A DNA stretch of 64,000 bases from Candidatus Eiseniibacteriota bacterium (GTDB lineage Bacteria; Eisenbacteria; RBG-16-71-46), in contig JACOSV010000016.1 in the NCBI GenBank assembly GCA_016178725.1, positions 11,132-75,131 on the forward strand. Direction: 5' to 3'. Below are positions 19,579 to 28,211 of this stretch, one piece after another. A program made the translations under genes and the position numbers. The number at the start of each line of letters is the position of its first letter. Position 1 is the first letter of the stretch. The notes under the pieces are model-generated. The model was given only the letters and a program-made list of their open reading frames with translations. It was not told the DNA's origin and made no database searches.

Positions 19579-21399
19579 TCAATCGCAGGGTTCGAACGAC
19601 CACGAGTAGAGGCCCGTGAGCATGATCACGAGGCCCGGGATGCCGACGTACCAGCCGAACACCATCCCCGACATCAGCATCGTCATGCCGAGTGCCGCGA
19701 CCAGCGGCCAGATCGAGCCGGGCGGCATGTGGATGGGCCCGCGCACCTGGCCCGCGGTCCGCGTGATCTCGGCGCCGTCCTTGGCCCACAGCGGATCGAG
19801 GCTGTGCACGGTCGGGATGGTGCCGAAGTTGTGCGGCGGCGGCGGCGAGCTGATCGCCCACTCGAGCGTCGAGCCGCCCCACGGATCGTTGCCCGCGGGC
19901 TTGCCGGAGGCGCGGCTCTTGAGCACGTTGGCGATGAAGAAGAGCAGCGCCAGGATGATGCCGAATACGCCGATCGTGGACATCATGTTCATCGCGTCGA
20001 AGCCCATGTTGGGCGCGTAGGTGTAGACGCGGCGCGGCATGCCGAGCAGGCCGACGAAGTGCATCGGGAAGAACGTGACGTTCATGCCGATCAGCGTCAG
20101 CCAGAAGTGCGCCTTGCCGAGGCGCTCGTCGAGCATCCGGCCGGTCATCTTCGGGAACCAGTAGTAGAGCCCCGCGAAGATCCCCATCATCGAGCCGCCG
20201 AACAGCACGTAGTGGATGTGCGCGACGACGAAGTACGTGTCGGTCTGCTGCAGGTCGGCCGGCGGCGAGGCGTGCATGAATCCCGACAGCCCGCCCATGA
20301 TGAACATCGAGATGAAGCCGACCGCGAACAGCATCGCCGTCTTGAGCTCGACGCGCCCGCCCCACATCGTCGCGATCCAGTTGAAGATCTTCACGCCGGT
20401 CGGGATCGCGATCAGCATGGTCGAGAGCGCGAAGAACGAGTCGGCGATCGGCCCGAGGCCGACCGCGAACATGTGGTGGCTCCACACGCCCCAGCCCATG
20501 AAGCCGATGAAGATCCCCGAGTAGACGACGACCGGGTAGCCGAACAGCGGCTTGCGCGAGAACGTCGGCAGCACCTCGGAGACGATGCCCATCGCCGGCA
20601 GGATCAGGATGTAGACCTCGGGATGGCCGAAGAGCCAGAACAGGTGCTGCCACAGCACCGGGTCGGCGCCCATCGCCGGCTGGAAGAAGTTGGTGCCGGT
20701 GAGCCGGTCGAAGAGCAGGAACACCAGCGCCACCGTGATCACCGGGAACGCGAGGATGATGAGGAACGACGTGACGAGCGTCATCCACACGAACACGGGC
20801 ATGCGCATGAGCTTCATGCCCGGCGCGCGCATGTTGACGATGGTGATGATGAAGTTGAAGCCGGCGGCGAGCGAGGCGATGCCGAGGATCTGGAGCCCGA
20901 CCGCCCAGAAGTCCACGCCGTGGCCGGGCGAGAACTGGCTCGAGGTCAGGTTCGAGTAGCCGAACCAGCCGGTGTTGGGCGCGCCGCCGAGGAAGAAGCT
21001 GGCGTTGATGAACAGGGCGCCGAAGAGATAGACCCAGTAGCTGAACGCGTTGAGCCGCGGGAACGCCACGTCGCGCGCGCCGATCATGAGCGGGACGAGG
21101 AAATTGAAGAAGCTCGCCGAGAGCGGCATGATCGCGAGGAAGATCATCGTCGTGCCGTGCATCGTGAAGAGCTGGTTGAACACGTCGGGGCTCACGAACG
21201 TGTTCTCGGGCTTGGCGAGCTGGATGCGCATCAGCGTCGCCTCGATGCCGCCGATCAGGAAGAAGATGAACGCCGTGACGCCGTAGAGCACGCCGATGCG
21301 CTTGTGATCGACGGTGGTCAGCCAGCTCCAGAGGCCCGACGGCGACCCGGCTTCGTGCGTGGCGGCCGGCGCGGCGACGGGTGCGGTGGTCGTGGTCAT
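19579..21399 (-). CDS. ctaD: cytochrome c oxidase subunit I
   Basis: Track ORF, 606 aa. Contains WLFGHPEVYILILPAMG, AHIHYVLFGG and other heme-copper oxidase blocks. Confidence 0.97.
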   Translation of the reverse strand: MTTTTAPVAAPAATHEAGSPSGLWSWLTTVDHKRIGVLYGVTAFIFFLIGGIEATLMRIQLAKPENTFVSPDVFNQLFTMHGTTMIFLAIMPLSASFFNFLVPLMIGARDVAFPRLNAFSYWVYLFGALFINASFFLGGAPNTGWFGYSNLTSSQFSPGHGVDFWAVGLQILGIASLAAGFNFIITIVNMRAPGMKLMRMPVFVWMTLVTSFLIILAFPVITVALVFLLFDRLTGTNFFQPAMGADPVLWQHLFWLFGHPEVYILILPAMGIVSEVLPTFSRKPLFGYPVVVYSGIFIGFMGWGVWSHHMFAVGLGPIADSFFALSTMLIAIPTGVKIFNWIATMWGGRVELKTAMLFAVGFISMFIMGGLSGFMHASPPADLQQTDTYFVVAHIHYVLFGGSMMGIFAGLYYWFPKMTGRMLDERLGKAHFWLTLIGMNVTFFPMHFVGLLGMPRRVYTYAPNMGFDAMNMMSTIGVFGIILALLFFIANVLKSRASGKPAGNDPWGGSTLEWAISSPPPPHNFGTIPTVHSLDPLWAKDGAEITRTAGQVRGPIHMPPGSIWPLVAALGMTMLMSGMVFGWYVGIPGLVIMLTGLYSWSFEPCD

Positions 21400-21418
21400 G
21401 GGTCTCCTCGCCCGCGTC

Positions 21419-22465
21419 CTACTTGAGGCTCTCGACGTACGCCGTCAGCGCGGCGATCTGATCCGGCTTCAGCCCCAGATTGGTCATCAGCGCGCCGGGC
21501 TTCCGCGCCTGCGGATTGGCGAGCCACTGGGACACGTACTCGGGATGGTTCGGATAGGTCGAGCCGGCGATCGACGTGCGGCTGCCGACGTGCGTCAGGT
21601 TCGGGCCGATGATGCCGGGCGAGAGGCCGCTGATCGTGTGGCACGCGGCGCAGCCCACCTCGAGGAACATCGCCTTGCCCTTTCCGGCGAGCGACGTGCT
21701 GTCGGGCTCGATCGGCGGCTGCTGCTGCGCGGCGACCCAGGCGTCGAAGTCCTTCTGCGTGTCCACGAACAGCTTCATGTGCATGTTCGCGTGCGAGATG
21801 CCGCAGAACTCGGCACAGGTGCCGGGGAACACGCCGACCGAGTCGGCGGTGAACCAGATGTGGTTGGTGCGCGAGGGCACCACGTCCCGCTTGCCGCCCA
21901 CGATCGGCAGCCAGAAGCTGTGGATCACGTCGGCGGTCTCGAGCGAGAGCGCGACCGTGCGTCCGACCGGCACGTGCAGCTCGCTGCCGGTAACGATCTT
22001 CTGCCCCGGATACTGGAACTCCCACCACCACTGGTGGCCGACGACCTTGACCTCGAGCGAGCCGGCCGGGGCCTTGGCCTGCGTTTTGAAGATCGTGAGC
22101 ACCGTGGGCACGGCGACGAACGTGAGGATCAGCGCCGGGGCGATGGTCCACGCCACCTCGAGCGCCGTGTTGCCGTGCACGTGCTTGGGCTCGGGGCTGC
22201 CGGGACGGCTGCGGAAGCGCATCACCGTCACGATCAGCATGCCCTCGACCAGCACGAAGATCAGCACCACCCAGAAGGTGAGCTGCTCGAGCAGGTGCTG
22301 GATGGCCCACGCGAGGTCGGAATGCGGCGTGAGCGTGCTCTGCGGATAGTCCTTCAACGCGCAGCCGGCGAGCGCGAGCGCGCCGAGCACCAGCAGTCCG
22401 GCGGCCAGCCGGAGCGGCTTCGAACGACGGCGTGAAGGCGTCATGCACTCCTCTCGAGGATTCAT
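21419..22465 (-). CDS. ctaC: cytochrome c oxidase subunit II with fused C-terminal cytochrome c domain (caa3-type)
   Basis: Track ORF. CuA site is CAEFCGISHANMHM. C-terminal heme-c motif is CAACH. Lipobox is LALAGCA. An alternative start is ATG at 22444 (GAGAGGAG upstream). Confidence 0.9.
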   Translation of the reverse strand: MNPREECMTPSRRRSKPLRLAAGLLVLGALALAGCALKDYPQSTLTPHSDLAWAIQHLLEQLTFWVVLIFVLVEGMLIVTVMRFRSRPGSPEPKHVHGNTALEVAWTIAPALILTFVAVPTVLTIFKTQAKAPAGSLEVKVVGHQWWWEFQYPGQKIVTGSELHVPVGRTVALSLETADVIHSFWLPIVGGKRDVVPSRTNHIWFTADSVGVFPGTCAEFCGISHANMHMKLFVDTQKDFDAWVAAQQQPPIEPDSTSLAGKGKAMFLEVGCAACHTISGLSPGIIGPNLTHVGSRTSIAGSTYPNHPEYVSQWLANPQARKPGALMTNLGLKPDQIAALTAYVESLK

Positions 22466-22505
22466 GCGCGACCGGAGACGTCCTCGGGTCGGAAAGCCGC
22501 GCGGG

Positions 22506-22535
22506 AAACTAGCATGACGCGCGTCCGCTTGTGAA
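22506..22535 (-). promoter_or_regulatory. candidate sigma-70-type promoter of ctaC operon (TTCACA-N18-TAGTTT)
   Basis: Hexamers read on the minus strand in the 100-nt ctaB-ctaC gap. This is a weak match and the genes may equally be co-transcribed with ctaA and ctaB. Confidence 0.25.
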
Positions 22536-22565
22536 GGCGCGGACGGTCCGCCGGCGCCCGGCGCC

Positions 22566-23474
22566 CTAGGCGCGGTGCGCGGAGATCCGCACCGCCGCGT
22601 CCACCGTCATGAGCACGTAGAGCAGGAAGAGATAGAGGATCGAGTAGCGGAAGAGCCGCATCGCGTGTGGCACGGTCGCGCTGCGCTGGAGCTGCAGCGC
22701 GAAGGCGATGAACACGACGCCCAGCACCAGCGCCGGCGCCCAGTAGACCGGCCCCGACACGCCGAGCGGCCCCAGCGCCAGCGTCACCGGCACCAGCGCC
22801 AGCGAGTAGAGCGCGATCTGGCGCCGCGTCTCCTCTTCGCCGTGCGTCACCGGCAGCATCGGCAGCCCCGCGCGCTCGTAGTCGTCGCGGCGGTAGAGCG
22901 AGAGCGCCCAGAAGTGCGGCGGCGTCCACAGGAACACGATCGCGGCGAGCAGCACCGCCGGCAGCTCGACGCGTCCCGTCACCGCCGCCCACGCGATGAG
23001 CGGCGCCGAGGCGCCGGCGGCGCCGCCGATCACGATGTTCTGCGGCGTGCGGCGCTTGAGCCACACCGAGTAGATCACGGCGTAGTAGACGATCGAGGCC
23101 ATCGCGATCGCCGCGGCGAGCACGTTGGCGAACATCACGAGCGTCAGCCACGCCAGCGCCGCGAGCAGGAACCCGAGCCCGAGCGCGTGCGCCGGCGGCA
23201 GCACGCCGGCCGGCAGCGGGCGCATGCGCGTGCGCTTCATCAGGGCGTCGATGTCGCGATCGACGTAGTGATTGAAGCTCGCCGCCGAGGCCGCGGCGAG
23301 CACGGTGCCCACCAGCGTGCCCCAGAAGAGCGGCGGCGGCGGCATGCCGCCGGCCGCCATCAGGAGCCCCGGCACGCCGGTGATCATCACCAGCATGACG
23401 ATGCGCGGCTTGGTGAGCTCGAGGTAGGCGAGCGCGCGCCGCCGCGCCGAGGCCGCGGGGACGGCGATGCTCAC
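22566..23474 (-). CDS. ctaB: protoheme IX farnesyltransferase (heme O synthase)
   Basis: C-terminal part of track ORF 22566..24767. The GTG at 23474 overlaps the ctaA stop (GTGA). Contains LELTKPRIV, NHYVDRDIDALMKRTRMRPLP and WTPPHFWALS. Confidence 0.9.
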   Translation of the reverse strand: MSIAVPAASARRRALAYLELTKPRIVMLVMITGVPGLLMAAGGMPPPPLFWGTLVGTVLAAASAASFNHYVDRDIDALMKRTRMRPLPAGVLPPAHALGLGFLLAALAWLTLVMFANVLAAAIAMASIVYYAVIYSVWLKRRTPQNIVIGGAAGASAPLIAWAAVTGRVELPAVLLAAIVFLWTPPHFWALSLYRRDDYERAGLPMLPVTHGEEETRRQIALYSLALVPVTLALGPLGVSGPVYWAPALVLGVVFIAFALQLQRSATVPHAMRLFRYSILYLFLLYVLMTVDAAVRISAHRA

Positions 23475-24466
23475 GCGGCCGCTCCGCCGATCGGCGCGCC
23501 CGGCGCCGCGTGCGCGGGCGCGCGCGCCGGCAGCGAGGCGACGCGCACGGTCGTCGCGAGCACGATCGCGAGCAGCGCGATCGCGGTCGCCAGATGCGCG
23601 GCCGAGAGCCACACCGGCGTTCCGAGGAACACGTTCGAGACGCCGAGCAGCACCTGCGCCACGACCAGCGTCAGCGCCAGCCGGCCGCAGGCGCGGATCG
23701 CGGCGTCGGGCGCGGTGCGCGTCGCGGTCGCGAGCACCAGCATCATCGCCGTCAGCGCATACGCGCCGTAGCGGTGCATCATCTGGAGACCGACGAGCCC
23801 GTCGAGCGGCGGGAACCACGCGCCGTTGCACGTCGGCCACTCCGGGCACACGAGCCCGGCGTGATGCGTGCTCACCATGCCGCCGAGCAGCGCCTGCGCG
23901 TACGTCATCACCGTCGCGACCGCGGCGAGCGGCAGGAGTCCGGCGGGCCGGGGCGGCGTCAGCGCTCCACGCGCGTCGTCCGATCCGGCGGCGGACTCGG
24001 CGTCGCCGGCATCCGATCCGGCGTCGCCGGCGCCGGCGCGCATCGTGTACGTCAGCAGCGTGCAGAAGAGCAGCATCGCGACCGCGAGGTGGCCGCTCAC
24101 GATCGACGGATCGAGCAGCTTCCACACCGTGAGCGCGCCGAGCAGCACCTGCGCGACGAGCAGCAGCACCGCGAGGCCGGCGAGCGCGCCGAACCGGACG
24201 CGCAGCGTCCGCGAGATCATCGTCGTCGCGGCGAGCGCCAGCACGGCGAGGCTCACGAGCAGCGCGATCAGCCGGTGCGTCCACTCGATCAGCACGTTCA
24301 TCTGGAGCGGCGGGATCAGCCGGCCCTGGCAGAGCGGCCAGTCCGGGCACGCGAGCCCCGATCCTGTGCTGCGCACCACCGAGCCGACCACGATCAGGGT
24401 GAACGTGAGCAGCGTGGTCGCGAGGCCGAGGCCCGCGGCGAATGCGAATGGGCGGCGTGGGGCCAA
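23471..24466 (-). CDS. ctaA: heme A synthase (COX15/CtaA)
   Basis: Track ORF. Has the paired CPDWPLC and CPEWPTC motifs, conserved His residues, and 8 TM helices. Confidence 0.85.
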   Translation of the reverse strand: MAPRRPFAFAAGLGLATTLLTFTLIVVGSVVRSTGSGLACPDWPLCQGRLIPPLQMNVLIEWTHRLIALLVSLAVLALAATTMISRTLRVRFGALAGLAVLLLVAQVLLGALTVWKLLDPSIVSGHLAVAMLLFCTLLTYTMRAGAGDAGSDAGDAESAAGSDDARGALTPPRPAGLLPLAAVATVMTYAQALLGGMVSTHHAGLVCPEWPTCNGAWFPPLDGLVGLQMMHRYGAYALTAMMLVLATATRTAPDAAIRACGRLALTLVVAQVLLGVSNVFLGTPVWLSAAHLATAIALLAIVLATTVRVASLPARAPAHAAPGAPIGGAAA

Positions 24467-24550
24467 ACGATCTCCGGAGCCGGGAAACCACGGCGGCAGG
24501 CGACGGACACGTGCGCGGAACGGCCGCGAAACCTATCATAGCCGCCGCCC

Positions 24551-25018
24551 ATGACCGAGCCGCTCTACGTCGCACGCGCCGTGATCGAGCCGATCGGCAA
24601 ACTCCAGCGCCGCGCGCGGCTCGAATCCGGCGCGACGATCGAGATGGGCGTCCATGGCGCGATCGCCACGCACTACCGACTCGACCCGCCGCGCCCGCTG
24701 CCGCTCCCGGTGGACTACATCGTCGCCGCGACCGGCGGCTGAATGCTCGGCACCCTGATCGGCGCACTGGACGTGCGTCAGGTGAAACTCGGTGAGGGCG
24801 CGCTGGTCGCGGAGGCCGAAGGCCATCACGCCATCCGCGAAGGGCTGCCGGTGCTCACCGAGGTGCGCGTGCGCTACCGGCTGCGGATTCCGGCGGGGAC
24901 GCGCGAGACGGTGGAACGCGCGCTATCGCGGCATCAGGAGAAGTGCCCGACCGCGGCGACGCTCGCGGGTGCGGTCGCGGTGAGCTGGACCGCGGAGATC
25001 GAGGAAGAGTCGGCCTAG
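24551..25018 (+). CDS. OsmC/Ohr-family peroxiredoxin-like protein with in-frame TGA (24740-24742) at the catalytic Cys position: candidate selenoprotein, otherwise a disrupted gene
   Basis: Track ORFs 24551..24742 and 24743..25018 are contiguous in one frame. The joined product reads ...PVDYIVAATGG-[TGA]-MLGTLIGAL...RHQEKCPTAATL. That places the TGA where OsmC-family proteins have the first conserved Cys (A-x-x-G-C), and the second conserved Cys (CP motif) is present. Total length is 155 codons, typical for the family. Confidence 0.55.
24751..24784 (+). other. stem-loop 9 nt downstream of the in-frame TGA (SECIS-like candidate)
   Basis: CACC (24751-54) pairs with GGTG (24781-84). GGCGCAC (24761-67) pairs with GTGCGTC (24773-79) with one G-U. 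The apical loop is UGGAC (24768-72), starting 26 nt after the UGA. G in the first loop positions is a feature of bacterial SECIS models. Confidence 0.35.
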
Positions 25019-26877
25019 TGCGGGACCGGCGTCAGGTCGGTGACCGGCCTGGGCGGAACGTTGTCGTTGCTGATCAGGAACAGCGCGTCCTCGGCGCCCA
25101 GCGTCACCGCGTTCACGCTCGATCCGTCGTTCACCGTCGGCGCGACGATGCCGGCGAGGTGATGGAACGTCTTCTCGAGCGGCACGGTGAGCGGCAAGAG
25201 CGAGGGATTGACCAGCACGATCCCGTTCTGGAAATCGCGCCGCCAGAGATTCGTCGCGCCGACCTCGAAGTGCACGTCGTCCACCCACACGTCGCCGGCC
25301 GCGGCCGCGAACGAGAAGCTCACGCCCGCGTTCCCCGACTGCGACGGTGACAGCACGACCTGGTAGTGCTTCCACGTCGTCGTGAGATCCACCGTCTGGT
25401 ACGCGACGCTGTTCGGCCCCGAAATGAACGCGGAGACGCCGAGCGGCCGCGCCGCCGAGCCCTTGGCCCAGAACGTCGCGGCGCACGCATTGCCCGCCGT
25501 CACCGGAATCCGGCCGAGGCACACGAGATTGACCTGCCAGTCGGCGACGCCGGGGCTCGGCACGTTGATGCGCGCCGACGCGCGGCCGAGCGCGGCGGTC
25601 GTCGTGTCCCACGCGATCGTGCCCGGGATGTTGGGCGTGAACTGCCAGTCGGTCGTCACGTCGTTCTCGAATCCCGGATTCTGCGGCGCGTCGGGGCCGG
25701 GACCGAGCCAGATCATCTGGCTCGCGCCGCCCAGGGGCAGGCCGAGCCAGCCGGTGTCTGCGAGGTTCCCGCTCGACTGCCCGGTCGCGAGGTTCACGGC
25801 GTACTCGTCGTACCACCACGTCGAGTAGTTGTACGTGCCGACCTCGCGCGCGCCGTAGCCGAACACGCCGAAGCCGCCGGCGAGCGCCGCGCTCGCGAGG
25901 CCGTAGCGCACCTTGCGCGCGTTGTTCGCGTTGTATGGGAACAGCGGCGGGTCGGCGGCCGAGAAGAGATAGTCGTGGCGCGGCGCGCGGAAGCGCTGCT
26001 CGTCGACGAAGTAGCCGCCCGGGTCGCGGAACATGTTCTGCTCCCAGTCGCCGCCGTTCTGGTACGGGAAGTTCTCGCGCATCCAGCCGTTCATGGGCGT
26101 GTACATCGTCCCCTGCCCGCAGTTGCCGACCAGCACGTACGTCGAGCCCGAGCGCGCGCGCAGCCGCGTCGCCAGCGTGTCCACGCCCGCGCGCCACCCG
26201 ATCGCGAACGCATCGAGCGAGCCGTAGCCGGCGCGCACGTAGTCGATGTGCGCGGTGGCGTTCTCGGTCCAGCGGATGTCCTCGCAGTACCCGTCGAGGA
26301 AGATGCCGTCCCACACGCCGGTCTTCGCGATCGCGTCGTCGAAGAGCGCCGCGAGGCTCTCGGCGACCACATAGCGCCCCTGCGCATCGCGCTTCGCGAT
26401 GTTGACGTTCGCCTGCACGTACTCGGTGCCGCTCTGGTCGTAGAGATAGCCGCCGAGGTTGCGGATCAGATGATGGAAGCGCGTCGGATAATGGACGAGC
26501 GAATCCTGATCCTCGGCGGGCCAGATGTACTCGGCGTTGACGTAGCCCAGGAGCGAGACGCCGGGATGCCGCTGGCGCAGCGCCAGGGCGACGTCGCGGC
26601 GGTACTCGCTGATCGGGCTCGCGTCGAGGATCACCTCGTCGTAGCGCGCGACCGAGTCGCACATCGCCGGATCGAGCGGGCCGAGGCGATTGCCGCCGAG
26701 GATGTACGGAAAGCCGTTGCCGTTGATCCCGCCGTAGAGCCCGAGCCGCGGGTAGCCGCCGGCCGAGGCGGCGGGCGCGAGCACCGCGACGCACAGCGCG
26801 GCGAGGCCGAGCGCGAGCGCGGCGGAGCGCGGGCGGCCGGACAAGGCGAGGCCTAAGAGGCGAAAGGACGGGCTCAT
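25015..26877 (-). CDS. secreted putative glycoside hydrolase (TIM-barrel, GHL-type) with C-terminal CBM4/9-like carbohydrate-binding module
   Basis: The internal ATG at 26877 gives signal peptide MSPSFRLLGLALSGRPRSAALALGLAALCVAVLAPAASA. The middle region resembles hypothetical glycosyl-hydrolase-like families (DGIFLDGY...). The C-terminus has NPGFENDVTTDWQF...FWAKG...W..Y, which is CBM-like. The family assignment is tentative. Confidence 0.5.
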   Translation of the reverse strand: MSPSFRLLGLALSGRPRSAALALGLAALCVAVLAPAASAGGYPRLGLYGGINGNGFPYILGGNRLGPLDPAMCDSVARYDEVILDASPISEYRRDVALALRQRHPGVSLLGYVNAEYIWPAEDQDSLVHYPTRFHHLIRNLGGYLYDQSGTEYVQANVNIAKRDAQGRYVVAESLAALFDDAIAKTGVWDGIFLDGYCEDIRWTENATAHIDYVRAGYGSLDAFAIGWRAGVDTLATRLRARSGSTYVLVGNCGQGTMYTPMNGWMRENFPYQNGGDWEQNMFRDPGGYFVDEQRFRAPRHDYLFSAADPPLFPYNANNARKVRYGLASAALAGGFGVFGYGAREVGTYNYSTWWYDEYAVNLATGQSSGNLADTGWLGLPLGGASQMIWLGPGPDAPQNPGFENDVTTDWQFTPNIPGTIAWDTTTAALGRASARINVPSPGVADWQVNLVCLGRIPVTAGNACAATFWAKGSAARPLGVSAFISGPNSVAYQTVDLTTTWKHYQVVLSPSQSGNAGVSFSFAAAAGDVWVDDVHFEVGATNLWRRDFQNGIVLVNPSLLPLTVPLEKTFHHLAGIVAPTVNDGSSVNAVTLGAEDALFLISNDNVPPRPVTDLTPVPH

Positions 26878-27023
26878 GGCATGGGCGGACCGGTGTCCCC
26901 CTAGTATCGGCAGCCCGGGCGCGGCCATTGAGGCGCCGCTTTCATCCTCCCATCCGCCGGGCGTTGCCCGTATCATTTTCCTTCCGATCCCCGTCGCTCC
27001 GTCCCCCACCCACGGACCCGCCG

Positions 27024-28211
27024 ATGCACACGATCTCCGGCTTCCGAGCGCGCGCGAACGGCGCCCTGCGCCTGCTCGGCGCCGCCGCCGGGCGCTCGCT
27101 CGTCGGGCCGCGCGTCGTCGGCCTCGAGATCACGCACTTCTGCAACTTGAAGTGCGGGTTCTGCGAGACCCACGGCTTCCTGATGCCGGCGCCGATCATC
27201 CATCGCCGCGCCTACGAGGGCGGGCGGAAGTCGATGGACCTGCCGACCATCGAGCGGCTGTGCGGCTCGCTCGCGAAGCTCGGCGTCGCGTGGGTCGAGC
27301 TCTCGGGCAAGGGCGATCCGATCGTCCATCCCAAGCTCCCCGAGATCGTGCGCGTCATCAAGCAGGCCGGGCTCCAGTGCTCGATGTTCACGAACGGCAC
27401 CGTGCCGCGGCCCGATCTCGCCGCGACGCTGGTGGACGCGGGACTCGATCGCCTGAACATCTCGCTCAACGCCGCGACCCGCGAGAGCTACGCGCGCGTC
27501 GCAGGCAAGGATCTCTGGGACAAAGTCATCGCGTTCCTCGACGACGTGCTGGCGCTGCGCTCGCGCGCGGGCGGCGGGCGCCCGTGGGTGCGGTTGAGCT
27601 TCGTCGTCAACCGCGACAACGTGGACGACATGGAACGTTCGGTCGCCTTCTGCCGCGAGAAGGGCGTCAACGAAGGCGGGTGGTGCGTGATGGGCGAGCT
27701 ACCCGAGACGACCCGCCTCCAGCTCGACCACGCGCAGGTCGAGACGCTGCTCGCCGGACTGCCCGGCTGGATCGCGTCGCTCGAGGCCGCCGGCGTCACG
27801 CACGACCTCGCCGGCTTCACCGAAGACCTGAAGTCGCGCGTCGGCACGCCCGGGGAACAGAACAACCCGCTCCAGCGCTCGCTCCCCTGCTACGAAGGCT
27901 GGATGCACACGGTCATCAGCCCCGACGGCGCGGTGACGCCGTGCTGCTACTGCGAAGACGAGAAGTTCGGCAACGTGTTCGATCAGGACTTCACGGACAT
28001 CTGGCACGGCGCGAAGTACGCCGACTTCCGCCGTCGCTCGCTGGCGATGGCCGAGACGCACGAGCCGATCTGCTGGGAGTGCTTCACCACCTGCAACCGC
28101 GCGCTCCAGAACCGGCGCATCCACGAGCGGCTGGGGCCGCTGGTCACGATCCGGCAGCTGACCGGCGCGCGGCGCAACGGACACGCGGCGAACGGAGCCC
28201 CCGCGGCTTGA
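27024..28211 (+). CDS. radical SAM enzyme with C-terminal SPASM/twitch Cys-rich domain
   Basis: ATG at 27024 within track ORF 26928..28211. Contains THFCNLKCGFCE (CxxxCxxC) and the C-terminal Cys cluster LPCYEGW...PDGAVTPCCYC...GNV...ICWECFTTC. Confidence 0.85.
   Translation: MHTISGFRARANGALRLLGAAAGRSLVGPRVVGLEITHFCNLKCGFCETHGFLMPAPIIHRRAYEGGRKSMDLPTIERLCGSLAKLGVAWVELSGKGDPIVHPKLPEIVRVIKQAGLQCSMFTNGTVPRPDLAATLVDAGLDRLNISLNAATRESYARVAGKDLWDKVIAFLDDVLALRSRAGGGRPWVRLSFVVNRDNVDDMERSVAFCREKGVNEGGWCVMGELPETTRLQLDHAQVETLLAGLPGWIASLEAAGVTHDLAGFTEDLKSRVGTPGEQNNPLQRSLPCYEGWMHTVISPDGAVTPCCYCEDEKFGNVFDQDFTDIWHGAKYADFRRRSLAMAETHEPICWECFTTCNRALQNRRIHERLGPLVTIRQLTGARRNGHAANGAPAA

Noticed and set aside
22566-24767. 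Single 733-aa ORF spanning ctaB and the ctaA region
   Set aside because: Only the last 302 codons are CtaB. The upstream part is an out-of-frame shadow over ctaA (23471..24466). The GTG at 23474 overlapping the ctaA stop gives a normal-length CtaB.
24551-25018. Treating 24551..24742 and 24743..25018 as two independent small genes
   Set aside because: Neither half is a plausible stand-alone protein. Together they reconstitute one OsmC-fold protein in a single frame, with the stop at the catalytic Cys column. I report it as one recoded-or-disrupted gene instead.
26928-27023. N-terminal 32-codon extension of the radical SAM ORF, and a possible precursor peptide in the 146-nt gap upstream
   Set aside because: The extension (MRRRFHPPIRRALPVSFSF...) is not conserved-looking and has no RBS. 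The ATG at 27024 begins the recognisable protein. No separate short ORF with its own stop exists in the gap, so no RiPP precursor can be claimed.
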